Position numbers and translations under genes: made by a program
Origin: Eledone cirrhosa
Lineage: Eukaryota
DNA: 64,000 bases
Direction: 5' to 3'
NCBI GenBank assembly: GCA_964016885.1
Contig: OZ024742.1
Span: forward strand, 374,232,001 to 374,296,000
Part shown: positions 12,216 through 24,311 of the stretch, in pieces
How the letters are laid out: each line of letters starts with the position of its first letter
Numbering within the stretch: the first letter of the stretch is position 1
Notes under the pieces: model-generated
Databases searched by the model: none
Told to the model about the DNA's origin: nothing
What the model saw: the letters and a program-made list of their open reading frames with translations, nothing else

Positions 12216-13472
12216 ACATCATCATCTTCGTTTAACGTTCATCTTCCACGCTAGCTAGACGGGAGTTGTGCCACTTGAAGCAAGGTTGGTCGGGTGACCG
12301 TGTCTCGCTCATATAGGACTATCTGGCAGGTTTTCTACGGCTGGATGCCCTTCCTAACACCAGCCACATTTACAGTGTGGAACTGGGAACTTTTTACCGT
12401 GTTACCTACACGGCCACATTACAGTGTGGGCTGTATGTTTTTTTTTTGTCGTGACACCTACACGATCTCGATCTCATTATCTCATTTATTTGGACTGGAT
12501 GTTGTGGTACCAACTTTACAGAGAGAGGGTGGTGTTGGTGGGAGGATAGGGTAGGGGTAGTGGATTTGGGTGTATATTTGGTTAAGAGGTGCCTACTGAC
12601 TGTAGGTTCGCTTTGTACATAGGCAAGGCGGGTCTTCTGTATTACTGCGTAGCGCCAAAGATCTCGGTCCAGTGACATTGTCTTAGAGAGGTGCAAGTGT
12701 GTGAGGTCGGAATTTATCAAATCGTCCCAGGTTTTTCTGGGTCTACCTACTCCGTAACTACCATCAATTTTGATCGCCCTGCCATTTTTTATACAGCTGT
12801 CGTCTTTCATGCGCATCACATGACCATACCAACGTAGTCTTCTCTCAAGTAAACAGCATCTGATCCCTCTTATTCCTAATTTCTCACTTAGTTCATTTAT
12901 GCCTTGCTGTTCACATATATTACTATTACACATCCAACGGAACATGCAAGCTTCGTTCCTGTCCAGTCTGCGCAGGTCCTCTGCACACAATGCCCATGTC
13001 TCACTGCCATGTAGCATTGCTGTTCGTACACAGGCATCATACAGTCTGCCTTTCATTTTTAGAGAGAAACCTTTTGTGGCCAATAGCGGTATAAGCTCTC
13101 TGAACTTTTTTCATTCCAGGTAACGGAAGGTGTCCACTATTTCTATAGAACCATCTGGGTAATAGAAGGAGCTAGTATCCTGTGGGCACTTGCTACTACT
13201 TATTGAACCTGAGCATCGGCCACATATAAAATCTACATTCTTAGATAGTTTACCTGTGATCCCACTACATCTTTTATGTACCCATAGTTTGCATTTGGGA
13301 CATAAAATGGAATTTCTGCTTACTCCTTTCCTACACACTGAGCATGGCCATTTCCCTGAGGGCACCTGTGTCCTATCTTCCTTTCTACAAACTAGAACTT
13401 TAGTCTTAGACAAGTTAACTTTAAGGCCTTTTGATTCTACGCCATTCTTCCATGTTTGGAATTTCTTCTCTA
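12216..13472 (-). mobile_element. 5'-truncated RTE LINE (RT C-terminus with PHD-like finger) in CDA intron
   Basis: ORFs 13111-13413 and 12406-13083: KTKVL, FRYL, KGRLYDACVRTAMLHGSETW, RRLRWYGHVMRM, GRPRKTW. (TGA)n tail at 12216. Confidence 0.92.
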
Positions 13473-13506
13473 TCTAACATAAACTAATTTAGAAATATTT
13501 CTCCAG

Positions 13507-13617
13507 TTCAATCTCTGATCCAGTCTGCTGTACAAGCAAAAGAAATGGCTTATTGTCCTTACAGCAAGTTTAGAGTTGGTGCAGCTTTACTGACTGAAGA
13601 TGATTCTGTATTCACTG
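13507..13617 (+). CDS. CDA: Cytidine deaminase exon (VQSLIQSAVQAKEMAYCPYSKFRVGAALLTEDDSVFTG)
   Basis: Conserved AYCPYS.F.VGAALLT motif, ctccag acceptor, gtaag donor. Confidence 0.95.
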
Positions 13618-14754
13618 GTAAGATACTTACAAATAACTATGACTTTATTATAATCTTCTTTCCTACACCATTCTTTTATTATCTCTGGCTTACGAAGGAG
13701 TAGTGAAAAGAAACTGCGCAGAAAAATGACACATTATTGTATTGTAAGAATCTTATCTAAACCAATCATATAGATATAAAATACATTTCTTTATTAATAC
13801 ACATTGCTGTTCTATTGTTACAGTGATAGAATGAGAAAACATTGAAGTTTGTGGAGGTTCATTTTAAATACAAACTCAAATTCGTACTTCAGATAACACG
13901 AGACACTGAATCCCAAAACGGCAAATATATAATCAGTTGTGTCTCTGGTCATAAAAAGGATGTAAGAGGCATATAACAACACATGTTAAAAAATTCACAT
14001 CAGCACAAATGTGACCTTGAAAAGGAAACTCTGAAAAGCTAATCATAGCTGAAACTGGTCAATACAAACAAAAACGAGATAACATTGATTCTTTCTGTCA
14101 ATTCTCTTTTTTAAAAAAATACTATAATTTATTTTGTATGAACCAATTTGTTTTCATTGTGTGCTGCGCTCCAAATTTGCATTTGCATGTTTAAATATAA
14201 AACATTATCATTTTTCATATATATGTATCACCACACTGTAAAGTGGTTGTTGATAGGAAGGGCATCCAGCTACAGAAAACCTGTCAGACAAAGGGTTGGG
14301 AGGACCCTTCAGTTGTGTCAAATCAATGACAACCTCTTCTGAGCACCCAATGGAACGTGAGACCATACATAAGCGCACAGATCCCTGGCCTGCTTGGGAG
14401 ATCAGTGGCTCTGCTTCAGTACTGACTTGGTCTATATGGACCTGTCTAACTCTTGTTAGCATGGAAAGTGGACGTTAAAACGACAATGATGATGATATAT
14501 ATAAACACGACCAACTCCCTACCATCTTCCTTAACTATTCTATTCATATTATCTCTGCTGGTGCTTCTTTGCCATCAACACTCTCTCAAACCTTTATTCT
14601 AGATTTTTCCACTCTTCCCCTCCTTCCCTTTCTTTCTTTTTTCTTTTTTCCCCCTCATTCTTTCTGTCAGCCCCGCCCCACTTTCTCTGTATTCCCACAC
14701 TTCCTTTGATCTTCTCCCTCCCCCCCTCTCATATTCTTTTGTTGTTTTCTGTGA

Positions 14755-14871
<117 letters not shown>

Positions 14872-15599
14872 TAACTTCTTTAGAATGTCTGCTCTAAGCC
14901 TTAACACTTCTATTTTCATCAGGGGAAACATAAGCTGAGAGAGGTCAACAGAGTTGTCCACCTTCCCCACCTTCCCCACCCCCAAATGCCCCTACATTCA
15001 CATTCTTCACCCCACCCCCACTTCCCCTATGCCAACATAGAAAGGAGTGTCCCCCTCCTACCACATTGCCAATTCATGTTCCCTGCACAATCCAAGGCAG
15101 CATGGAAGATGTGCTGTCTACTCTCTCCCATATACCTGATTAATTTCCTTGTCTAACCCATGCTAGCATTGAGAGCCAGGCACACCTCCCAATATACCAC
15201 TAGATCACTCTCTTGAAGGCTACCCCCATCACCTAATGCTTTCTCTCTCATGGCAACATAACCACCCCCTATTCCCAATCTTATCAATGCCTCCCTAGTG
15301 ATGGTGCTGTGATAAAAAGCACCCAGTCTACTCTGTATGGTGGTAGTGCTGGTCCCAAGAAAAAAGCACGCCCAGTCCACCCTGTAAAGGTGGTGGTGCT
15401 GGAGTCATGATAAAATGTTCCCAGTCTACACTGTAAAATGGTTGGCATTAGAAAGGACATCTGGCTCTAGAAATCAAGTCAAAAATGGAATGTATAGGCA
15501 AGACATGGTCACCTGACTAGTCTAACTTCAGAACCTGAAAGCCTGTCAAATACATGCTAGCATGAAAAATAGACATTTAAAGGGTGATGATGATAATTA

Positions 15600-16110
15600 T
15601 TGATCGCCTGGAAACTGTGCAACCAAACCAATACCCTCCATCAGGCATCTACCATACTCTGAATGCCTTGCTTCTGTGGGTATGGATACAATAAAGCTGT
15701 GACGTCTGGTAACTGACTTGGTAGACACCCACAAAAATTTATTAACCATCTTGCCAACAACAACCTTGAGCACCTTTTTGAATTCCATGTGCCTAACACA
15801 AAATCGCTTTCAGAAACATTTTTTCATGCTCAGAGTAGCTGAAGCATGGATCAAACTCCCTGCATCAGTTGTTAGTTATCAGAACACTGCATCCTTCAAA
15901 ACTTCCATGTTTCTGAAATTCTCCAACACTAGACCTGATATTCCCTCTCCATTGACACACATGCACGTGTGAGTGTGTCTATGTGTATATCATGACACAT
16001 ACACTGTTCACTTTTCTGACATTTGTACATTATTCTATGTACTATGCATGCACCTTTGATGAGTTGTAGTGCACCTGAGCACTGTACACAATAATTTCCA
16101 TTATTATTAT
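15600..16110 (+). mobile_element. CR1 LINE 3' fragment with (ATT)n tail
   Basis: Homologous to 26645-27180. Confidence 0.9.
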
Positions 16111-16445
16111 TTTTATAAAATTGTTTATTGGTATACATTCTATAGAAATAAAGTCATGCAACATAACTTATCTCAAACAACTTAAACACAACCTATATTG
16201 AGTTTTTTCCCCCTTCCTCAGTCTCTCTCACTCACTATAGGTACCCATCACACATACACAGTTATCTAAGTGCTGTACCTAATCATTCCCTTGTAAGTTG
16301 TATTTATCTGGAGCTTGTTATCTTTTCCACTCAACCAACAATTAAAACATTTTAATCACATTATCCTAGTTATTCATAGTTAGAAATCTAGAGAGCACAG
16401 AAAATAGAATATGCTTTACACTGCTTACATAATAATAATAATAAT

Positions 16446-19400
16446 GATTTCATTTATTGGCCACAAGGGCCGACATATAGGGGACAATACAAAAGACTGG
16501 GACAGTGGGGTTTTACAGAAAAATCGAGTAAACAATATGAATAAACAAAGTAACAATAAAGTAACAAGAAAATTACAAGAAAACATTCCCCAATAGGGGG
16601 GATGACCACCTAGGGTTCGCTCAGGTACCCCACCAGTCCTGAACGACCCGACGCTTCGAGAACACCCTGGAAGGGCACCTCTCTCCTCTTCAAATTTACT
16701 TACCTACAGCCGCATGACCAGAGTGGGCCCACTCACGCGGGCCATTCTTGCCACATTCACCCACCTTTCAGCCAATGTACTGGGGGGCAGCACTTCTCTC
16801 TCCACCCTCACCTTCATTTCCAAGTGAAACTTGAAAAAGTTGATGAGGGATTGGCCGAACTGAAAAGTGTCTGTCTTCAGTCCTTTCAACCTCGTCCACC
16901 ATACAACCTCTTTCGCTACTGCCACCAGACAGAGGAAAATTGCCTGCCCTTCCTGGCTAAAAGAAGGCGGCGGGTCGATCTTCACTATGGACTTGGCCGA
17001 TAGCCGGATCTGTTCTATACGTGACAACAGCTGTTCAACATAAGTCCACAAGTCAGTAATGCACTGACACTGGACGAGTGAGTGCAGAACGGTTTCGTCG
17101 CTCTGCGCGCATCTCGGGCAGATCTGTCTGACAGCACTTCGGTGCCTGTAGAGTTTACTCGAACAGGCAGTGCCCCCCGGTAGCACTGCCAAGCGAGGGA
17201 TTTTTGGAAATTATCCATCGCCCCCGGCTCGAAAGTCCTCCGGTACAGACTGGTTAGTTCGACTTCGTTGACTCCCAGAGCCTCTCCAAGTGCGTCGTCG
17301 CACTTCCCCACCACTAATCCTCTATAGAACTCAAGAGTGGAAGTTCCACTGACCGCATTGCCCGCCTGGTAGAGGGCAGTGAGTGCCTGGCAACATTCCA
17401 GATGCCAGTCACCCAGTCTCGGTCTCTTCTTGACCCAGGACTGCAACTCAGTCAAAGAAACAAGCTGCGGAAAGGCCCGTCTGACAAACGGGGACCATAC
17501 CTGTTCACCGTTTAGGCAGAATATCTGGAGATGCCGCAGCCTCAGCGCGTGCCTGCGCATCATTAGCCACGGCATACCCAGCCCTCCACGTAGAGGGTGC
17601 TGGCAGCAGATGGATGGCCTCACCAGCGGAACCTGACCCCTTCACAAGAATTTGAAGAGGAGCCGCTCCAAGATGGCGAGGCGCGAATGGGGGCAAGGGA
17701 CGACAGTCGGACGGTAGTAGATGATGTACGTGTTCGCCACCTCCGCCCGACCTTTCAGTGATAGCTTCATCCCAGCCCATTTCTGGGTTAGACTGACTAC
17801 TCTGCCCGTCACCTCGTCCCAATTCTTATCCACCTGGAGGTCTGGCCCGAACCAAACCCCTAGCAATTTTACCGGTCCATCCGTCCAGCGCCTGATGCTG
17901 TTGGACGGCATGGACTTGCCTCTCCAGGTGCCAAGTTGCAAGCCCACTGACTTTTCTGGGTTAAGTTTTGCTCCCGTCAACCTTTCATATTCCTCCAATA
18001 AGTTGCCGACCACCTCGATTTCTGAGGTGTCCGACACCATCACGGTGATGTCGTCCGCATAAGCCGACACAGCCTTTCCGCGTCCCAGTTTGAGCGGGAT
18101 GCCCTGCAACAGCTCCAGCTTCCGCAGTAAAGGCTCGAGAGTCAATACGTACAGAAGGGAGGAGAGAGGGCACCCTTGACGGACCGATCGGGAGACCTGA
18201 AACGGCTCCAAGAGGTGGCCATTAATTTTGACCATCGAGCAGGTGCCGCTGTGCATTGCAGCGATCCAGCCTCTGAAGACGGGGCCGAAGCCAGCCGCCT
18301 TGAGGACAGCCTCCAGGTACTGATGGTCGACCCTATCGAATGCTTTCGATTGATCTAAATTGATCAGAGCCCCACCGAAGCCAGGTTTACACCCTACCCT
18401 TTCTATGATGTATTGCATTAGGTGGAGGTTGTCGTGTATGGACCTGGTTGGGATTGCGCAAGTTAGCGCCTCCCCAACCAAATCCCCGACGACAAGCGCC
18501 AACCTCTTCGCTAACACCCTGGCCAAAATCTTAAACTCTGTGTTGAGCAGAGTTATGGGCCTGAAATTGTCTAATGTGTCCCTCTTGTTCTCGTCTTTCC
18601 TTATCAGCGTCACTACGCCCCGGCTCACAGAACTGGGAATACTGCCGTTTTGCTGCCAGTTGCAGTAGAGGGCTTCAAGGAGATTGGAGAACAAGTCTGG
18701 CATATTTAGGTAAAGCTCGTAGGGCAGACCATCCAAACCGGGTGACTTGCGCCTCATGCAGCCTACAAGGGCATCCTGAATCTCGGCTGAAGTAATTGGC
18801 CTTTCGCAGCGCCCAGTGTCAGCCATAGAGAGTTGCGGCAAGCCATCGAAGTAGGGACTGAAGTCCGCCACCATCTCTGACCCGCCACATCCCCCGAACA
18901 ACCGAGCAAAATGTTGGCGAATGGCCTCACACATCCTCTTGGAATCGCTCAGCTCGTGTCCGTCTTAGTCCGTCAAAGACCGAATCGTGGTTTTGTTACC
19001 ACGCTGCGCCTCTGCCACGCGGGCCCATCGAACAGCTTTGGTTCCCTCGTTTCTCAGAGCACGCGCCTTAGCTCTGACAATGCAACCTTCGTGTTTCGCA
19101 TTGAAGAAATGGTCTAATGCCATTCTCGCCGCTAGCACGTCAGTTGCAATGCCACTACCAATAGCCTCGTCTAACTTATCTACCAACTCCCCCTCCTTTC
19201 TATTTTTCTCTAACTCTACTTCTTTGCTAAACTCTATCGACATTACTCTAATCTCTCTTTTGAGAGCCCCCCACCATCTATTGTTGACGACTCCCCCTGA
19301 CAACTTTTTCTTAACTAAATTTTTGACCTGGTCCCTGTAAGCCTTACGTACCGGAAATGAGATGTTTAGCTTCCAGTAACCAGGTCCTAACCTACGCGTC

Positions 19401-22343
19401 TTATCTAGGTCGACCATACAGATCACAAACTTGTGATCTGAATAGGCGACCGTTTCAAAACGTGGACAGCTTACACTATTTCTCTCTATTTTCCTAATGA
19501 ATATCCTGTCTATATACGATCTAGATGACCCTATGCGGTTAGCCCAGGTCCACACTGGCGCATTAGGGAAATCTAGTCAGTATCTGTCAGAGAGTTGGAA
19601 CTGGCTGATCAGGTTCTTGAGGCTTTTGCACCCACCCACCCACCCCCCGCTCCTATCGGATACTCCAACACATTCACAGCGTGCATCTAAGATGCCGTTC
19701 CAGTCCCCCGCTAATAGTAAAGGGCGAGACGTACCCAGAAAGGCTTCCAGGCGTCTAAAGAAGTCCGGCCGTCCTGCCCCAGTAGGGGCATAGACGGCCA
19801 CCAGTCTAAAGGCACCACCTTCATTATTGTTCACGTCCAGGACCACCAACTTCCCGTCCGGGTCCCAGAAGATCGACCTTACCTCGAGATCCAGGCCTTT
19901 CCTAAATAGCACTGCCACCCCACCTCTCATTCCCGGCCGGCTAACAGATGCAAATATCTGATAGTCGTCGAAAATGGGGGCTAGTGCGCACATGTCGGAA
20001 ATCCTGGTCTCGCTGACTGCAATTACATCCATTTCTATAGACCTGAGGTCGTTGAGCAGGTGACCCTGCTTCCAGGACGATCCCAGGCCTCGAACATTTA
20101 AACATCCTACTCTTAATACGGCCATGTTGGCAGGTTAAACAGAGAGAGAGAAAGGTTTACTTACCTTCCGGGCTCTTGTGAAAGTCGGGTTGTACGACCT
20201 CCATAGTTAGTGGGGTTTCTTTTGGGAACCCCTTTAAAAGTCTTGAAGTGGGTTTTACGTTCGGGGTTCCCACGTCCCGAGGAAAGCTGTCTCGTATTTC
20301 TTTGAATATGTCGAGCGACATTCGCACCAGAACCAAATCTTCCGGCACGCGAAATGTGCTCGATTTAAAAATTACCCCCTCTTTTTGTATATTTTCACTT
20401 TGTGCTACGAGGGCCATCAGTTCCTTGTTGGCCCTCCTGGCAAGCACGAAGTTTTGTATGTTTTGTTGGTGTGATTTTATTTGTTTGCGTGGCTGTGGTG
20501 GTGATGGTTTTGGTGGTGTTGTTTCGGTTGTATCTGTGTTTGTTGTGAGTGCGGTGTCTGTGGTTTCACATGTTTGTGTGTATATTTGTTCTTGCGTCTG
20601 TTTCGGTTGTTTGCGTTTGGGGGATTCTGGTGATGGTGATGGTGGTGTTGATGCTGGTGTTATTGGAGAGATGTTTGCGTGGGTGGTGTCTGCGTTTTTT
20701 ATTGTGGGTGATTTTGTGTTTTGTTGAGTTTTTTTTTTCTTTTTGTGTTTCCTTTTTTGTATTTTGGGGGATTTGGGATTTCCCTCATTTTCACTACTGG
20801 TAGATGAGGGGTCTGTGTCTGTAAGTGTGTCTGTATGTATGTTTAAGGTTTTATTGATGTGTGTATTTTGGGGGGGGAGGGGGAATTTGACAGCTTTCCT
20901 TGTTTCCCCCCTGGGTGGTCAATGTTGGTGATGGTCTTTCTATTGTTGTTGTTGTTGGTGGTTTAGCCGGTACAGGTGTTGGTTGTGGTCCTCGCCCCGG
21001 CGTCGGCAGCAGTGGAGCCTTTCGACCCCTTGCCTCTTTCAGCAGTTGAGGGCAGAAGGCTCGCAAATGGGTTTTTTCCCCACAAACAAAACACTGCGGC
21101 CTTTTGCCTTCGGTCATAATGTGAATGACCGTCCCATTCTGAAGGCGGGTGTGGTCTGGGATTGTCTTCACATTCTCGGGCCTGATCTGGAGAAGGATCT
21201 CCAGGTCAACCCCGGCCCAGTCCTCTCTGGCCGTTCTGGTCACTTCTATAGGGACTGTATCTGTCCCCTCCACAATCACACATCCCAGAAGCCACCACAT
21301 GTCAAGTCCTGGTGGGATTCTGGGAATGCGGACATGGGCCGTTCTTTTTCCCATGTGGGAGGGGTACATTATGACCTTGCTGGTTTTGCAAGGAGTCATA
21401 GCGTGTTTCATAGCGAGGGCTTCTGACCTGAACAACACCGAAATGGTGCCGTACTGTCTGCCCCTCTCTATGTACTGGGTGTCTTCTCTGATGCACCTCA
21501 GCGCGACTTCGATATCTTCTTGTGGGATTAACGCTGTCCTTTTGGTTTGTGCTGAGATGCATCTATAATGCACCGTTTTGCGCTCCACTGCCTCAATAGC
21601 TTCTACCGGGACAGTTAAGTTGACCCAAGTTTGCTCTTGCTTGATGAGCTTCCATGCCTGGGCCAACTATTCATCTTTGTTTGAGAGGTCCATGTTGAAG
21701 CATGGCCTCTTTTTTGCTGCTACCGCAGCGAAAGTGTTCTTGTTTTCGTTGGGGGTGTTGTTGACGTTGTTCTTGTTGGTGTTGTTGTTAGCACTGTCGC
21801 TGTTATCATTGTTGTCTTTGTTGCCACCGTTGTTCTCGGTGCAGTTGGTATTGTTGCTGTTGGTGTTGTCGCTATTTGTTTTCATGTTAGTGGTGTTGAT
21901 ATTGTTGTTGTATTTGTTATTTTTTTTTTTTGTTATCTGTATTTTCGTTGTCGCTGTTGCTGTCATTTTTTTTCAAAATTAGAGTTCTTATTGGTATCAT
22001 TGGTGTCTATGTTTACATTGTTTGTGGTGGTGTTTGTGTTATCAATGTGTGTTAATTTCGCTGTAGTGCTCCTCTCAACTTCTACGTCGTTGTTGCACGA
22101 CAGCCGACATATCGCTGGGGGGCGTGGCTCAGCCATGTTTTTTTTTTCTTCGTAAATTTTTTAACATGTAAAAAAAAGTTCAAATATTTGGGCCAAAAGG
22201 CCCAAATATTATACTTTCCCCTTCACGGGGCAAAGTCTAAGGGCTTATATCCCTTACACAACAAGAAATATTTAACAACAAATAATTTTAACAGGCAAAT
22301 AAAGCGACTTACTGAGAGCGAGCAAAATACGTCCGCTTAGACC
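16446..22343 (-). mobile_element. Near full-length Tx1/L1-clade LINE, copy 1 (in CDA intron)
   Basis: ORF1 about 22136-20157 with zinc knuckle CFVCGEKTHLRAFC. ORF2 20125-16704 with APE endonuclease (LNVRGL, SET, GDWN, SDH), RT (KSPGLDGLP, FRPITLLN, QGCPLS, YADD) and CPRC...H...C finger. Several stops and frameshifts; (AAT)n on both sides. Confidence 0.95.
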
Positions 22344-22370
22344 AATAATAATAATAATAATAATAATAAT

Positions 22371-22472
22371 GGTTTCTGATTTAGGCACAAGCCCAGTTTG
22401 AACTCAGAATATAAAGTACAGTAATTATATGCCACAAATGTCTGATGCTTTACCAATACTGCAAATACACCA
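22371..22472 (-). mobile_element. Internally deleted SINE family A whose (ATT)n tail hosts the Tx1 insertion
   Basis: Minus strand reads ...gcagtattggtaaagc...ctgagttcaaactgggcttgtgcctaaatcagaaacc(att)n. Confidence 0.7.
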
Positions 22473-22985
22473 CAATTTATAATATTCAACCAACAATACT
22501 TATTGTAGAAAACTTGACAAAGAAAGGGTGAAGAGAACTCTTTACTTGTGCCATAAACATGACAACTTCTCTAGTGTTGTTGATCTACATTATAAATACA
22601 CCATGTACACTCTGTATAATAGTTGATAATAGGAGGGGCATCATAAAACCTGCCTTAGGGTTGGGAGGACTGTTCAGTTGTGTCAAAAACATAGCAATTT
22701 CCCTAGAGTTGTGTGTGATAATAAAATGTATGTGGTAGTGTGGAATCTTATGTCATGCTCCAAACCTATCAGAACAATCATTAGATTTCAGGAACATAAG
22801 TGGGATGTGGGTCCCTGACCCATCTTGATCAGGGATTAGTGGCTCTGTTTAAATACTGATCAATCTATGACGACATGCCCAACCCATGCTAGCAAGGATA
22901 ACGATGATGATGATGAATACTTATCTCTGAAAACATTGTTAGGCATTTTGTTTATGTGATAAATAAATTATCTTTTTGTTTTCAG

Positions 22986-23040
22986 TGATATGGAGGAAAT
23001 AATAAGCCCCTGTGGTACTTGCCGACAATTCATGAATGAG
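22986..23040 (+). CDS. CDA: Cytidine deaminase exon (SDMEEIISPCGTCRQFMNE)
   Basis: PCGxCRQ Zn-binding motif, tttcag acceptor, gtaa donor. Confidence 0.95.
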
Positions 23041-23116
23041 GTAAAATCTCTTGCATCTATGTTTTCAAATTTACCTGTCTAACTTGCCTTATTAACATAT
23101 AGTTTATTTCAGTGGA

Positions 23117-23342
23117 ATACTCTAGGGTCACAAATAATATCGTGGAGAGGATGAGGTTAGAAAATCGATACTTTTGGGGGTTTGTCTCCCTTGACCTTTT
23201 TTAAAACCCAGAATTAGTCGTTTAGTTTACATATTGAGACCCTAACCCATCCTATTTATTTTATAACATAAGAGATTTCTTGTAATGTTCTTTTTTTTTT
23301 GTCATGTATATTTTCTAATGCATAAAGAAAATTAATTGTTTC
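23117..23342 (+). mobile_element. Partial copy of the MITE at 27262
   Basis: Shares ccagaattagtcgtttagtttacatattgagacc and flanking sequence with 27375-27508. Confidence 0.7.
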
Positions 23343-23599
23343 AATATAATTAAACCGCAGCTCGGCAGAACATGAAAGCTTCAGCCTACGAGATGATGGG
23401 CAGATATGGAAGTTTGTTAAGGCTGGTGAAACATGGAAAAGAGATACCAGCTGGTCTGAAAACACTGTACCCACAACAACTGACAATAAAGAAACTGAAA
23501 AAACTCTGGGAAACTAAATCAGAACAACCTGCCATCCCCTGCACATAATCATATACTGGAATCAAAGTACAAATTATTGTCCTTGAATGCACGTAGTAT

Positions 23600-24309
23600 A
23601 TTTAGCAGTATTAGTTATGAAAAGTTTTTGAAATACTGCTAATTTTTCAAAAAATCTTAAAAGGAATATTCTGGATTTTCGCAAGTTGCGACGTGGCAAT
23701 AAAAGTTAAACTGAATGAATAAGAAGGGCTGCGTGATATTCTTACGTCGGTCACCACTTTAGCAGTATTAGTTATGATGTTATCGCCACTTTAGCAGGGT
23801 GGTAGAATCAGTGGTCGTTAGTTGCCAGTGTGGTAAGTGATAGTATCCTCGTTGGATTATCTTGTTGACATAGACGTGAGGGAAGGTCCCTCGATCTATT
23901 TACCATCTATTTACAATATTCCTTTCGTCAGGTCGCCAATTCCAGCAGCATGGATTAAAGATGTTATTGAGACACGAGTAACATAATAACGACTTCAACC
24001 GCAGTAATTAGAGATGAAATGTTTGTTTATTTATATGGTTGAAGTTACAGATAAAAAGAGGTTACAAAAGGGAATGTGCCATTGCGCCGTTAAGCCGGCG
24101 AGGCTAGGGGTTCAATATCTCACCGCTACATTATGCGTGTTGCTGGCTCGAAGTTTCTGGTACCAGAGCGAGATTCTTCAAATCTTCGCGGTGAATTTCT
24201 TCCTCAGGGCGCGTAGGGATACATCCTCTTCTACTGGCGCTGATTGGCTGAACTGAGCCAAATCACGTACAGAGAATGTATGTGAGCCCGCGGAATGTAG
24301 GTCACTACA
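23600..24309 (-). mobile_element. Gypsy remnant: LTR (23758-24309), tRNA-Trp-type PBS and leader, related to the element at 47495-53017
   Basis: 23619-23770 matches 52631-52795. LTR begins TGTAGT on the minus strand at 24309. PBS TGGTGACCGACGT. Confidence 0.8.
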
Positions 24310-24311
24310 TA

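Noticed and set aside
16446-16470. Tx1 3' end as the partner tail of SINE family A
   Set aside because: The similarity (ccttgtg..cc..aa..gaaa..attatt) is too short and AT-rich to support without consensus sequences.
21667-21669. Programmed readthrough in Tx1 ORF1
   Set aside because: The in-frame stop is not at the same position in copy 2, and both copies carry other disabling mutations.
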